Origin: Minisyncoccia bacterium
Lineage (GTDB): Bacteria > Patescibacteriota > Minisyncoccia > UBA6257 > GWB1-50-10
Reading direction: 5' to 3'
DNA: 64,000 nucleotides
Assembly (NCBI GenBank): GCA_049997815.1
Contig: JBEKVQ010000002.1
Coordinates: forward strand, 10,483-74,482
A program made the position numbers and the translations under genes. The notes beneath the pieces were generated by a model that had not been told where the DNA came from, ran no database searches, and saw only the letters and a list, made by a program, of their open reading frames with translations. The first letter of the stretch is position 1. Each line of letters opens with the position of its first letter. Positions 1-8,502 of the stretch are shown here, in pieces.

Positions 1-164
1 ACTGCGAACGCAGCTGCCTGGGTAGTTTTTTGCCCACTACCGTTTGGGGCCGTTCTCATCGATGTTCTGAGAAGAACGGAATGAATATAGTATAAAATAT
101 GAAGAATGTCAAGATATGTTGTTTCTCCCTTGCCACTCCTCATCTCTTACCGGATACTTAGTTC

Positions 165-740
165 GTGGTAAGCATCTTCGGATATCTTTCGGGCGCGGCA
201 ATCCTCGCTTCATACATTCCCTATATCAGGGATATTTTTCTCAACAAAACCAAACCCGAAAGGATGTCCTGGCTCATCTGGGCCGTTCTTGGCTCAATCG
301 CCCTCTTCTCTCAACTCGCCAAGGGAGCGTCATGGTCTTTGATTTTGACCGGCGCTGAGACGGTTGGAGAATTATTTGTTTTCTTTCTCGCTATCAAATA
401 CGGCTTCGGCGGATTTCTTAAAAGAGACATTATCGCCCTTATCGGCGCCGGTCTTGGATTATTACTCTGGTACCTAACGAATGAGCCCGCGGTGGCGCTC
501 TTTATAGTTATCGCAATCGACTTGATGGGCTCGATTCTTACGGTTATGAAGTCCTATGAGAATCCCAGCACGGAAACCGCAAGCGGTTGGGCGCTCACTC
601 TTTTGGGTGGAATTTTTGGTTGTCTGGCCGTGGGGAATCTGAATTTCATCCTCCTGGCCTTCCCGCTCTATACCTGTGTTTCGAGTCTGGCGACTCTAGT
701 AGCGATGGAATTGGGAGAGCGAGCCCGCACTAATCCATAA
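165..740 (+). CDS. hypothetical polytopic membrane protein (about 6 predicted TM helices)
   Basis: ORF translation is highly hydrophobic with repeated helix-length segments. I recognise no family motif. The start may lie upstream. Confidence 0.4.
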   Translation: MVSIFGYLSGAAILASYIPYIRDIFLNKTKPERMSWLIWAVLGSIALFSQLAKGASWSLILTGAETVGELFVFFLAIKYGFGGFLKRDIIALIGAGLGLLLWYLTNEPAVALFIVIAIDLMGSILTVMKSYENPSTETASGWALTLLGGIFGCLAVGNLNFILLAFPLYTCVSSLATLVAMELGERARTNP

Positions 741-785
741 CTTTACGCGTAGGAGGGGGAGGGGTAGGATGAAAATAAGAAAACA

Positions 786-1550
786 ATGAAACAGATAGAC
801 ATTTTTAAAAAAATAAATAGGAACGCATTTAACGAAAAACTCATTCATCGTTACCTTTTCGAGCGTTATTATTTTGGTTCTTCTCAACAAAGAAAGGGTC
901 TATTACCCGATAAGTTCCATAGAAGCAAAGTAAATCTTATCGTTCCCGAGGGTTCGAAAGTAGAGGCGAAATATAGAGCTGACTTAGAAATATTTTTCAG
1001 GGGTAGAGAAAAAGGCGTGCCGGTGGAGGTGAAATGGCATCTAAATGATTTCAAAAAGGACAATCAGAAGAACTATATAAAAGAACATAACGGCTTCGTC
1101 GTTGTATTAGGCGAGACCGAAGAAAAAACACATGAAGGCATAGACGTTGTACAAATAAATCATGAAGATTTTGCTGATTGGGTTTCAGAAAATATATCTC
1201 GACTATCGCGCGAGTCGCTAATATATCAAGCAGGTAGCAGTAAATTATCTGACAGAACCCAATACTGGGTTGCGTTTCTTTTGGGTGGAAATAATGGGTC
1301 TGCTGTAAAGCATTTTAGAAAGATGCTTACCACTAGGGCAAAAAATTATCCATTCTGGGCCTTTAAGCAAGACCGTAAGGCTCTCCAACACATATTTGAC
1401 ATGCAAAGAGGTGACAAGATTTTATTTATTTTCGCAAAAGCGCCAGGTGGTAACCAAGCCCTGTCGAACGATAAGAGGAAAGAAATTCTAATCTGTAGAT
1501 ATTATTTCTGCGAGATTATTGAACCATATTATATGGCTCTCGATAGCTAG
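786..1550 (+). CDS. hypothetical protein in an AT-rich islet; possible PD-(D/E)xK nuclease-like N-terminus (ADLEI...VPVEVKW); ends at a TAG that is followed in the same frame by ORF 1575-1817
   Basis: Local GC is visibly lower than the flanks. A D-x(n)-E-V-K motif resembles the restriction-endonuclease fold. The C-terminal region looks truncated mid-domain. Confidence 0.35.
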   Translation: MKQIDIFKKINRNAFNEKLIHRYLFERYYFGSSQQRKGLLPDKFHRSKVNLIVPEGSKVEAKYRADLEIFFRGREKGVPVEVKWHLNDFKKDNQKNYIKEHNGFVVVLGETEEKTHEGIDVVQINHEDFADWVSENISRLSRESLIYQAGSSKLSDRTQYWVAFLLGGNNGSAVKHFRKMLTTRAKNYPFWAFKQDRKALQHIFDMQRGDKILFIFAKAPGGNQALSNDKRKEILICRYYFCEIIEPYYMALDS

Positions 1551-1574
1551 AGGGGTCTATTTTTCGAGAAAGAT

Positions 1575-1817
1575 ATGGCCAATAGAGATTATGTTGAGAT
1601 AGGAGATAGAAAGTGGCCGCACTTTATTGATTTCAAGATTGGTACAGGTAGAAGAAAATATGAGAAGGATTTATACCTAAATTTTGGAAAGATGGGCGTG
1701 TTTGCTGAGCCATTTTCGGGTTCTTTCAATCACGGTGGTGGGACACCATACCCCCTATCTAGGGCGCAATTTGAAGTGTTAAAAGACAGGCTCTATAAAA
1801 TTGTTGAAGGAAAATAA
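1575..1817 (+). pseudogene. co-framed continuation of 786-1550 after a single TAG; likely the downstream part of an interrupted (pseudo)gene or a readthrough candidate
   Basis: Both ORFs are in the same reading frame (786 and 1575 are both divisible by 3), separated by TAG at 1548-1550 plus 24 nt. Elsewhere in the window TAG clearly terminates ileS and argS. Confidence 0.3.
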
Positions 1818-1854
1818 CTTTATGAAGTTCTCGTTAGGGTGCTAAAATTAAGTT

Positions 1855-2175
1855 ATGGCTCTAATAAAATGTAGCGAATGTGGTAAAGATGTTTCTGACA
1901 AGGCGCATTCTTGCCCGAATTGTGGTCATCCGATAAATCCGGCCAACAACCCCCTTAAAATTGAGCCAGAACTGACGAGTAAAAGATGGAAGAGGGTGAA
2001 ATTAATTGCTTGGGGAATGATTTTGGTGGGTTTCCTTATTTTAGGGGCGAGTGGCGGTTCTTGGGGTTCAATGAATGCGGGCTTCTCGCTTGGCCTTAGT
2101 TTGGTGCTTATCGGCATCATAGTTTTAATTATTGGGAGAATAGGGGCTTGGTACGCAGATAAAAGGACAAGATAG
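1855..2175 (+). CDS. zinc-ribbon domain membrane protein
   Basis: N-terminal CSECGK...CPNCGH (two CxxC pairs) followed by two hydrophobic helices. Confidence 0.5.
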   Translation: MALIKCSECGKDVSDKAHSCPNCGHPINPANNPLKIEPELTSKRWKRVKLIAWGMILVGFLILGASGGSWGSMNAGFSLGLSLVLIGIIVLIIGRIGAWYADKRTR

Positions 2176-2178
2176 TTT

Positions 2179-2511
2179 ATGGATTTAACAGTATTCAGCG
2201 AACAAAACTTTCTTATATTTATCCTGCCTGGGTTTATTACCGTTTGGACGTTTCGGTATTTCACCAATTCTAAGAAATCCGGTGACTTAGAATTTTTAAT
2301 TCTCTCTTTCATTTGGGGTTTTCTGATTCTATTGTTTAACGAGTGGACATCAGCGAAAGTAGAACTTGATAAACTCTTACAAAATCCATATGCCGTCGCT
2401 CTTACGTTCGGGATTTTTGGTTTTGTTTTTGGATTGTTTGGAGCTCAGGTTGTTCAATGGAAATGGTTTAGAAATATGACTAATTGGTTGAAATCAAGCT
2501 GGCTTTTTTAA
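2179..2511 (+). CDS. hypothetical small membrane protein
   Basis: Hydrophobic ORF starting 4 nt after the preceding gene. Confidence 0.35.
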   Translation: MDLTVFSEQNFLIFILPGFITVWTFRYFTNSKKSGDLEFLILSFIWGFLILLFNEWTSAKVELDKLLQNPYAVALTFGIFGFVFGLFGAQVVQWKWFRNMTNWLKSSWLF

Positions 2512-2704
2512 TCCCCTTAAAATTTTTGAACCGGAGTTTTGAAAATGCAGATTTTTTGTTTTGGAGTATAATTAGAACATTATGACTATAGAAAAAAAGA
2601 CTTGCAGGCGCGGGCACGAATACAAGGCCACCCTTTCTTATTGCCCAATCTGTTGGCCGGCAAAGAAGGCGAAGAAAAAAAAGCGGAAAAAACAATAAAC
2701 AACA

Positions 2705-3147
2705 TGAAAAAACCATACATCATTGTCGCAGTCGTAATCGTCGTCATCATCGCGATTTATTTCATAGTTTCGGGCGGGAGTTCCAATCCGTCTCCGAGCG
2801 CTCCGGCAGCCGCCAATCCGGCGCCCGCCGCAACGGCCCCGTCATCGCCGATCCCCGGCAAGGTCTATCCGACCGCCAATCCGACTCTCTCCAAAGTTAC
2901 CATCAGCATAAAGAACTTCGCGTTCAACCCGTCGTCGCTGAAGATAAAACCGAAGACGGAAGTAACGTGGGTCAATAACGATACCACCACCCATACGGTT
3001 ACATACGATTCCGGCAATCTCTTCGATTCTGGGCCCATCCCTCCGGGCAAATCATTCAGTTTCACTTTCCAGGACATCGGTCTCATCAGCTACCATTGCA
3101 GTATTCACCCGTCGATGAAGGGGACCATCAACGTTTCGAACTTCTAA
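2705..3147 (+). CDS. membrane-anchored cupredoxin-like (plastocyanin/azurin family) copper protein
   Basis: Start chosen at MKKPYIIV (TM helix), then a Pro/Ala-rich linker. C-terminal HCSIHPSMKG matches the type-1 copper ligand pattern H...C..H....M. Confidence 0.6.
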
Positions 3148-3623
3148 TGATATTGAAAATAGGAGAACCTGCCCCCAGTTTCGAATTGCCGGATCAGAAC
3201 GGTCAGGTCCGCCGTTTAAAGGACTATCGTGGAAGTTGGGTGCTTTTGTACTTCTATCCGAAGGACGACACGCCGGGGTGCACGAAAGAAGCCTGTGCCA
3301 TTCGCGACAACTTCCCGGATTTTCAGGAACTGGAACTCAAGGTTCTGGGCGTAAGCATCGACTCGGTGGAGAGCCACGAGAAGTTCGCCGAAAAATACGA
3401 CCTGCCCTTCACGCTTTTATCCGACGAGAAGAAAGAAGTGGTCGGGAAGTACGGCGTTTGGGGCAAGAAGATGTTTCTGGGCCGGGAGTTCGAGGGCACG
3501 CTTCGGACCTCGTTCCTCATCGACCCGGAGGGGAAGATAGCCAAGATTTACGAGGACGTTAAGCCCGAGATTCACGCGAAAGAAGTTTTGAATTTCTTCC
3601 AACAAGGTCAAGCCGAGCGATAG
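3147..3623 (+). CDS. bcp: thiol peroxidase / peroxiredoxin (Bcp-type)
   Basis: YFYPKDDTPGCTKEA peroxidatic-Cys motif with overall Bcp-like length. ATG overlaps the TAA of the upstream gene (3145-3149). Confidence 0.8.
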   Translation: MILKIGEPAPSFELPDQNGQVRRLKDYRGSWVLLYFYPKDDTPGCTKEACAIRDNFPDFQELELKVLGVSIDSVESHEKFAEKYDLPFTLLSDEKKEVVGKYGVWGKKMFLGREFEGTLRTSFLIDPEGKIAKIYEDVKPEIHAKEVLNFFQQGQAER

Positions 3624-3629
3624 AATTCG

Positions 3630-4451
3630 TCAGTTTATACTCTCCGCGCTGTAACGGGCGATGAGACCGGTGCGGATGGCTTTTCGATAGACCAAGAGGA
3701 AAACCCCATAGGCGAGAACGATATAAACGAGAGCCAGAAGAATTCCCCAAATGAGCGTGACAGCGGAAAATCCCTGTCCGCTCACGATGCCGCGGATACC
3801 CTCGAAAACGTACGAAGACGGAAGAATTTTTCCTATGAATTGCATCCACTGGGGCAGGGTCGAGAGCGGGTAGAATACCCCCACGAAAGGAGAAAGCAGG
3901 GCGGGAATGGGCCACACGAACCATTCGGCCGGCGGTCCGAGTCGGAGCACGATACTGATACCGAAAATACCCAGAGCGATGCCGAAAAGGAAAAGGATAA
4001 CAATGAACAACGCGAGCGAGGCGCCATAGATGAAGACGGAAAGCCCGAAGGCGAGAGCCGCGAGAACGAGCATCGCGATCAAGGCAAACACGCTCCGGCC
4101 GATGCTCGTGATAACGAGGCCCGTGATATATTCGAATATTCGGAGCGGCGAGGCGAACATGTTCAGAAAGTTCCGGGACCAGACATCTTCGAAGAACGAC
4201 ATGGTAACGCCCTGCATGACCTGGCCCTGGAAGTCCCACAGGAGCACGGCGCCCAGAAAGAGCGGAATGAAGTTCAGGCCGGAGCCGGAAATTCCGTTCA
4301 GATACTTGCTGATGAATCCCCAAGTCGCGATGTCGACGGTAAGCCAGATGAATATTTGGAAGAAGCGGATCGGGCTGCCCTTAATGAGATAGATCTGGCG
4401 GAGAAAAATTGCGTAGATTCTTTTTAGGCTCATGTTTTTATACGGATTCAA
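3630..4451 (-). CDS. ABC-2 family transporter permease
   Basis: Six-TM ABC-2 type pattern. Overlaps the upstream ATPase gene by 14 nt, which suggests an operon. Confidence 0.7.
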   Translation of the reverse strand: MNPYKNMSLKRIYAIFLRQIYLIKGSPIRFFQIFIWLTVDIATWGFISKYLNGISGSGLNFIPLFLGAVLLWDFQGQVMQGVTMSFFEDVWSRNFLNMFASPLRIFEYITGLVITSIGRSVFALIAMLVLAALAFGLSVFIYGASLALFIVILFLFGIALGIFGISIVLRLGPPAEWFVWPIPALLSPFVGVFYPLSTLPQWMQFIGKILPSSYVFEGIRGIVSGQGFSAVTLIWGILLALVYIVLAYGVFLLVYRKAIRTGLIARYSAESIN

Positions 4452-5187
4452 GTATCAGCGGTTCGCGGGCGATTGCGATGAAAAGCTCTTCGAGATTCTT
4501 TTTACCGTGCTCCCGCGGGAGCGTCTTCGGGTCTCCCTCGAGAAGGATCTTGCCGTGCGAGAGGAAGAGAATTCGGTCGCAGACGTCGGACACCTCGTAC
4601 ATATTGTGGGATGTCCAAAGGATTCCTCCCGCCCCTTGAGTGGCGTAGTCCCTGATCTTTTGCCGCATGATCTGGGCCGTTGACGGATCAAGCGAGGCGG
4701 TCGGCTCATCGAGGAGGAGAAGATACGGCTTATTGAGCATCGCCTTCGCCAAACCAACCCTCGTCTGTTCGCCCGAGGAGAGCACGCCGCACCTAACATC
4801 CCTGAAATTTTCCAAGTCAAACTCCGTGATGATTTCATCTATGCGCTGGCGTAAGTTCGGCACATTATAGATCAGTCCGAATATGTAGAGATTCTGGAGT
4901 ACGGTGAGGTTACCGGGGACTTGGGTATAGACCGCCGCAAAGTTCGTTCGTGAGAGTGTCTTACTCCGATGCTTGGAAATATCGTCTCCCCCGATGCGGA
5001 TCGAACCATCCGTCGGTTTCAAAACGCTGAGAATCGTGTTGATGGTCGTCGTTTTGCCCGCCCCGTTCGGTCCCAAGAGGCCGACTATCTCATTGGGGCG
5101 CACTATAAAAGAAATCCCGTCCACCGCAACGGTTTTTCCGTAAACTTTCTTGAGATTATCCACCCTGAGAACGGGGGTCGTTTCCAT
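4438..5187 (-). CDS. ABC transporter ATP-binding protein
   Basis: Walker A GPNGAGKTTT, signature LSSGEQ, Walker B LLLLDEPT. Start taken at the internal Met (METTPVLRV); the upstream Met at 5226 is also possible. Confidence 0.8.
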   Translation of the reverse strand: METTPVLRVDNLKKVYGKTVAVDGISFIVRPNEIVGLLGPNGAGKTTTINTILSVLKPTDGSIRIGGDDISKHRSKTLSRTNFAAVYTQVPGNLTVLQNLYIFGLIYNVPNLRQRIDEIITEFDLENFRDVRCGVLSSGEQTRVGLAKAMLNKPYLLLLDEPTASLDPSTAQIMRQKIRDYATQGAGGILWTSHNMYEVSDVCDRILFLSHGKILLEGDPKTLPREHGKKNLEELFIAIAREPLILESV

Positions 5188-5237
5188 GGTTCCAGTATAC
5201 CAGTTAAGACCCGGCGTTTGCATCACGGAATGCTAGA

Positions 5238-5474
5238 ATGATAAAAACCCAAATGAGGAATTTTGGACCCGATAATCCGAATCCGCCGAAGCGGGGGGAG
5301 ATAAAGCCCGGGGACGCGGTTTGGGTCATCGAAAAGAAGAACTACGGCACCAAAAACTACACCCAGGGAATCGTGAAGGATGTTCTCTCGCCCGGGAGTT
5401 CCCATCCGCGGGGGATAAAAGTGCGCCTGACGGATGGGACTGTGGGCCGAGTCCAGTGGAAGATGTCCGACTAA
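5238..5474 (+). CDS. small conserved protein, YwbE/DUF2196-like
   Basis: About 78 aa with KPGD..V.......G.V......HP.GIKV.L.DG..GRV, a pattern I recall for the YwbE family. Confidence 0.45.
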   Translation: MIKTQMRNFGPDNPNPPKRGEIKPGDAVWVIEKKNYGTKNYTQGIVKDVLSPGSSHPRGIKVRLTDGTVGRVQWKMSD

Positions 5475-5500
5475 GCAGGTTTCCGTGTTAGAATGATTTC

Positions 5501-6334
5501 ATGAAAGCCAAGGGGAACGGCAGGGAATTCATCGGCGTCTTCGATTCCGGATTCGGCGGGATAGACGTGCTCCGGGGAATAGTAGAGGAACTGCCCGCCT
5601 ACGACTACGTATATTTGGGAGACACGGCGCGGACGCCCTACGGAACGCGCTCCAAAGAAGTGGTCTATGAATTCACAAAACAGGCCGTGGATTTTCTTTT
5701 TGAAAACAATTGCCGGCTCATCGTGTTTGCCTGCAATACCGCATCGAGCGACGCGCTTCGGAAAATTCAGAAGGAATATTTGCCGAAGCGCTATCCCGGA
5801 AAAAGAGTGCTGGGCGTTCTCATCCCCGCCGCGGAAGAGGCCGTTTCCGAGACGAAGAACAAAAAGATCGGCGTCATCGCGACCGAGGGGACCGTCGCTT
5901 CCGGCGCCTTCGTGCGTGAGCTTTTGAAGCTGGACCCGACGATAAAGATATTCCAGAACGCCTGCCCCCTTCTAGTCCCGATAGTGGAATCGGGCGAGGA
6001 GAATTCCAGGGCTGCGGAACTGATGATTGGGAATTATTTGAAGCCCCTGAAAAGGAAAGGAATAGACACGCTTATTTTGGGATGCACCCATTACGGGATT
6101 TTGGAGAAAAAGATAAGGCGCGCGGTCGGCCCGAAGATGCGGATCGTGTCGGAATCGAAAGTCGTGCCCGAGAAACTTGAGGGATATCTCACGAGGCATC
6201 CGGAGATAGAAAGGGACTTGGGAAAAAATGGAACGGTCCGCTTCTATTCCACCGACCTGACGGACAAGTTTACCCGGCTGGGAAGCCGATTCTTCGGCCG
6301 GAAGATGGAGGCGCAAAAGGTAAAACTGGGATGA
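5501..6334 (+). CDS. murI: glutamate racemase
   Basis: VFDSGFGGIDVL, IVFACNTAS and LGCTHY motifs. Confidence 0.85.
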   Translation: MKAKGNGREFIGVFDSGFGGIDVLRGIVEELPAYDYVYLGDTARTPYGTRSKEVVYEFTKQAVDFLFENNCRLIVFACNTASSDALRKIQKEYLPKRYPGKRVLGVLIPAAEEAVSETKNKKIGVIATEGTVASGAFVRELLKLDPTIKIFQNACPLLVPIVESGEENSRAAELMIGNYLKPLKRKGIDTLILGCTHYGILEKKIRRAVGPKMRIVSESKVVPEKLEGYLTRHPEIERDLGKNGTVRFYSTDLTDKFTRLGSRFFGRKMEAQKVKLG

Positions 6335-6714
6335 CTGCCGGCATGAATCAAAGGGACTTCGAAAAACTCGTGGAGGAGGGAATAGACCAGATTCCCGAAC
6401 GGTTCTTGGAAAAACTCAAGAATGTGGCAGTCATGGTAGAAGACGAGCCGTCGGATGAACAGCTTCGGGATTTGGGAATGAATAAGGAGGAAGATACGCT
6501 TCTGGGCCTATATGAGGGCGTTTCGAACCTCGAGGGCGGTCATACCCACCGCGATTTTCCGGATCGCATTACCATCTTCCGTTTGCCGATACTGGAGATT
6601 GCCGAGCGGGACGGGGATATCCCAACTATCGTTGCCGATACCGTTCGCCACGAAATCGCCCATCATTTCGGCATGGACGATTACGACATAGAACAAGCCG
6701 AAAAATCCTCATGA
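6331..6714 (+). CDS. zincin-like metallopeptidase family protein (HExxH)
   Basis: VRHEIAHHFG motif. Overlaps murI by 4 nt and murB by 4 nt. Confidence 0.5.
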   Translation: MTAGMNQRDFEKLVEEGIDQIPERFLEKLKNVAVMVEDEPSDEQLRDLGMNKEEDTLLGLYEGVSNLEGGHTHRDFPDRITIFRLPILEIAERDGDIPTIVADTVRHEIAHHFGMDDYDIEQAEKSS

Positions 6715-7637
6715 TAAAATTCCGGAAAAACGTTAAACTCGCGCCGCTTTCCACATTCGGAATAGGCGGGTGGGCCGAATATTTTTACGAGGCGGAAACG
6801 CCGGATGAACTGATCGAAACGATAACTCTCGCGAAAAAGCTCAAAATGCCGTTTCGGGTCTTTGCCGGCGGGAGTAATGTGGTTTTCCCCGACGGAAAGC
6901 TTAAAGGACTGCTCATCCGGTTTAAGGGAGGGAAAATATTAGTCAAGAAAAATACGATGATTGCGGATGCGGGCGTGGGTTTGGCGGATGTAATCAGAAT
7001 ATCAATGGGTTCGGGTCTAAGCGGATTGGAAACGCTTTCGGGAATTCCGGGAACCCTGGGCGGGGCCATTGTGGGGAATGCCGGCGCCTACGGTCACTCC
7101 ATCTCCGAGATTGTGAGACGAGTGGAAATTTGGGACCCATTCGACACGGCTCAAGGCAAGCGGCGGTGGCTCAAAAATCCGGAGTGCCGATTCGCGTACC
7201 GGGAAAGTGCGCTGAAGCACGAGCACTGGTTCGTTCTCCGCGCTGAACTAGCTTTTAAGAGGGGAAATAAAACGGAACTTAAAAAGATTTCCCGGGATAT
7301 CATCGGGGTCCGGGAGAGGAAGTATAAGCCAGGACTTAGATGTCCCGGAAGTTTTTTCAAGAATATCCTCGTAAAAGACGTTTCGAAGAGATCTCTGGGC
7401 TTGATAGACAAGGGGAAGATCGTGGAAGGGAAGATACCGGCCGGTTACGTATTGGAAGAGGTCGGCGCAAAGGGAATGCGCCTGGGCGGCATAAGAATAG
7501 CGGATTTTCACGGGAATCTGCTCATAAATACCGGAAAAGCCAAGGCGAAGGACGCGAAAAAACTGGCCAAGCTCTTGAAGGAGCGGGTGAAGCGGAAATT
7601 TGGCATAAAACTGGAGGAAGAAGTGAGATATTTCTAG
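6711..7637 (+). CDS. murB: UDP-N-acetylenolpyruvoylglucosamine reductase
   Basis: FAD-binding N-terminus (LAPLSTFGIGG...FAGGSNVVF) with MurB-like length and C-terminal domain. Confidence 0.85.
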   Translation: MIKFRKNVKLAPLSTFGIGGWAEYFYEAETPDELIETITLAKKLKMPFRVFAGGSNVVFPDGKLKGLLIRFKGGKILVKKNTMIADAGVGLADVIRISMGSGLSGLETLSGIPGTLGGAIVGNAGAYGHSISEIVRRVEIWDPFDTAQGKRRWLKNPECRFAYRESALKHEHWFVLRAELAFKRGNKTELKKISRDIIGVRERKYKPGLRCPGSFFKNILVKDVSKRSLGLIDKGKIVEGKIPAGYVLEEVGAKGMRLGGIRIADFHGNLLINTGKAKAKDAKKLAKLLKERVKRKFGIKLEEEVRYF

Positions 7638-7723
7638 ATATTGACATTTTGGCTAAAAGTGTGGTATAATTTAGCTGGATATTTGGTTAGATTCATATCG
7701 CCCACAACTTATGGAGGTTCCCA

Positions 7724-8065
7724 GTGAGAACCGCAAAACTTGTGATGAGCTTCCTTCTGGCGGTAATCATAGTGTTATTCGCCGCCAACTCGATATTTCG
7801 CGTCGTCAACATTGGCGTGAGCCCACCAAAGAGGGTGAGTCTCGGTAAGATGCTGGTCAATGGACATAACGGCACCCAGTACTGGGTTCTTTATAAAAAA
7901 CCCAATCTGGAGATAAAACTCGGGAGCGAACTCGAGGAAATTATCGGTAACAGCAGGGTTGAGGAGGTTCACTTCGTTCAGGGGCTCGGCTGGATGGGTC
8001 AGCCCATGAAGTTCGAGGCGGTTACCTGGAAGCGGGACAGTGGATTTTCCAGGGTGGGGGTTTAA
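7724..8065 (+). CDS. hypothetical membrane-anchored protein (GTG start after a GGAGG ribosome-binding site)
   Basis: Single N-terminal TM helix; no recognised motif. Confidence 0.35.
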   Translation: MRTAKLVMSFLLAVIIVLFAANSIFRVVNIGVSPPKRVSLGKMLVNGHNGTQYWVLYKKPNLEIKLGSELEEIIGNSRVEEVHFVQGLGWMGQPMKFEAVTWKRDSGFSRVGV

Positions 8066-8120
8066 GCCCCAAGCAAGATTTTGGCGCTCGTGCATTTATT
8101 TGTACGAGCGCTAGCCATTT

Positions 8121-8501
8121 TTGTTCAGCTCTCTTCCGAAATGGGCTATAATGGAACCAATGGCTTTAGCCTATTTGGTCAGGCGATTTTTCTATCGCAT
8201 CATCGATTTTTTGCGCCATTGGTACATCCGGAGCGCGAAGATGTATTCCAACTTCGTTCTGGACCGACTGGCCCGGATCGACCGGGTGCTTGCTTGGCGC
8301 GTGAACCTGAAATATCTTTTTCAGCCGCTCTATCGGGATTACTCCGTCATCGGTTACGTGATGGGTTTCCTTTTGAGGTCATTGAGATTGGCCGGAATTA
8401 GCGTTATCTACCTTTTTATCTTCGCCATAGCCATCTTTGTTTACGTGGTTTGGCTTCTGGCGCCCATTTTCATATTATCCAAGGTTCTGACTGCCAATTA
8501 A
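8121..8501 (+). CDS. hypothetical membrane protein; its stop lies 2 nt before the Clp-like ATPase start
   Basis: C-terminal TM helices; translationally coupled to 8503-11001. Confidence 0.35.
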   Translation: MFSSLPKWAIMEPMALAYLVRRFFYRIIDFLRHWYIRSAKMYSNFVLDRLARIDRVLAWRVNLKYLFQPLYRDYSVIGYVMGFLLRSLRLAGISVIYLFIFAIAIFVYVVWLLAPIFILSKVLTAN

Positions 8502-8502
8502 C

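Noticed and set aside
116-358. 80-aa ORF at the window start
   Set aside because: It overlaps the better-supported membrane-protein ORF 165-740 in another frame and has no ribosome-binding site.
786-1817. Alternative genetic code (TAG as sense) to explain the co-framed ORFs
   Set aside because: TAG is used as the terminator of ileS, argS and other well-supported genes in this window.
3840-4427. 195-aa Glu/Arg/Asp-rich plus-strand ORF
   Set aside because: It lies entirely antisense to the ABC-2 permease gene. Its composition is typical of translating the reverse strand of a hydrophobic GC-rich gene.
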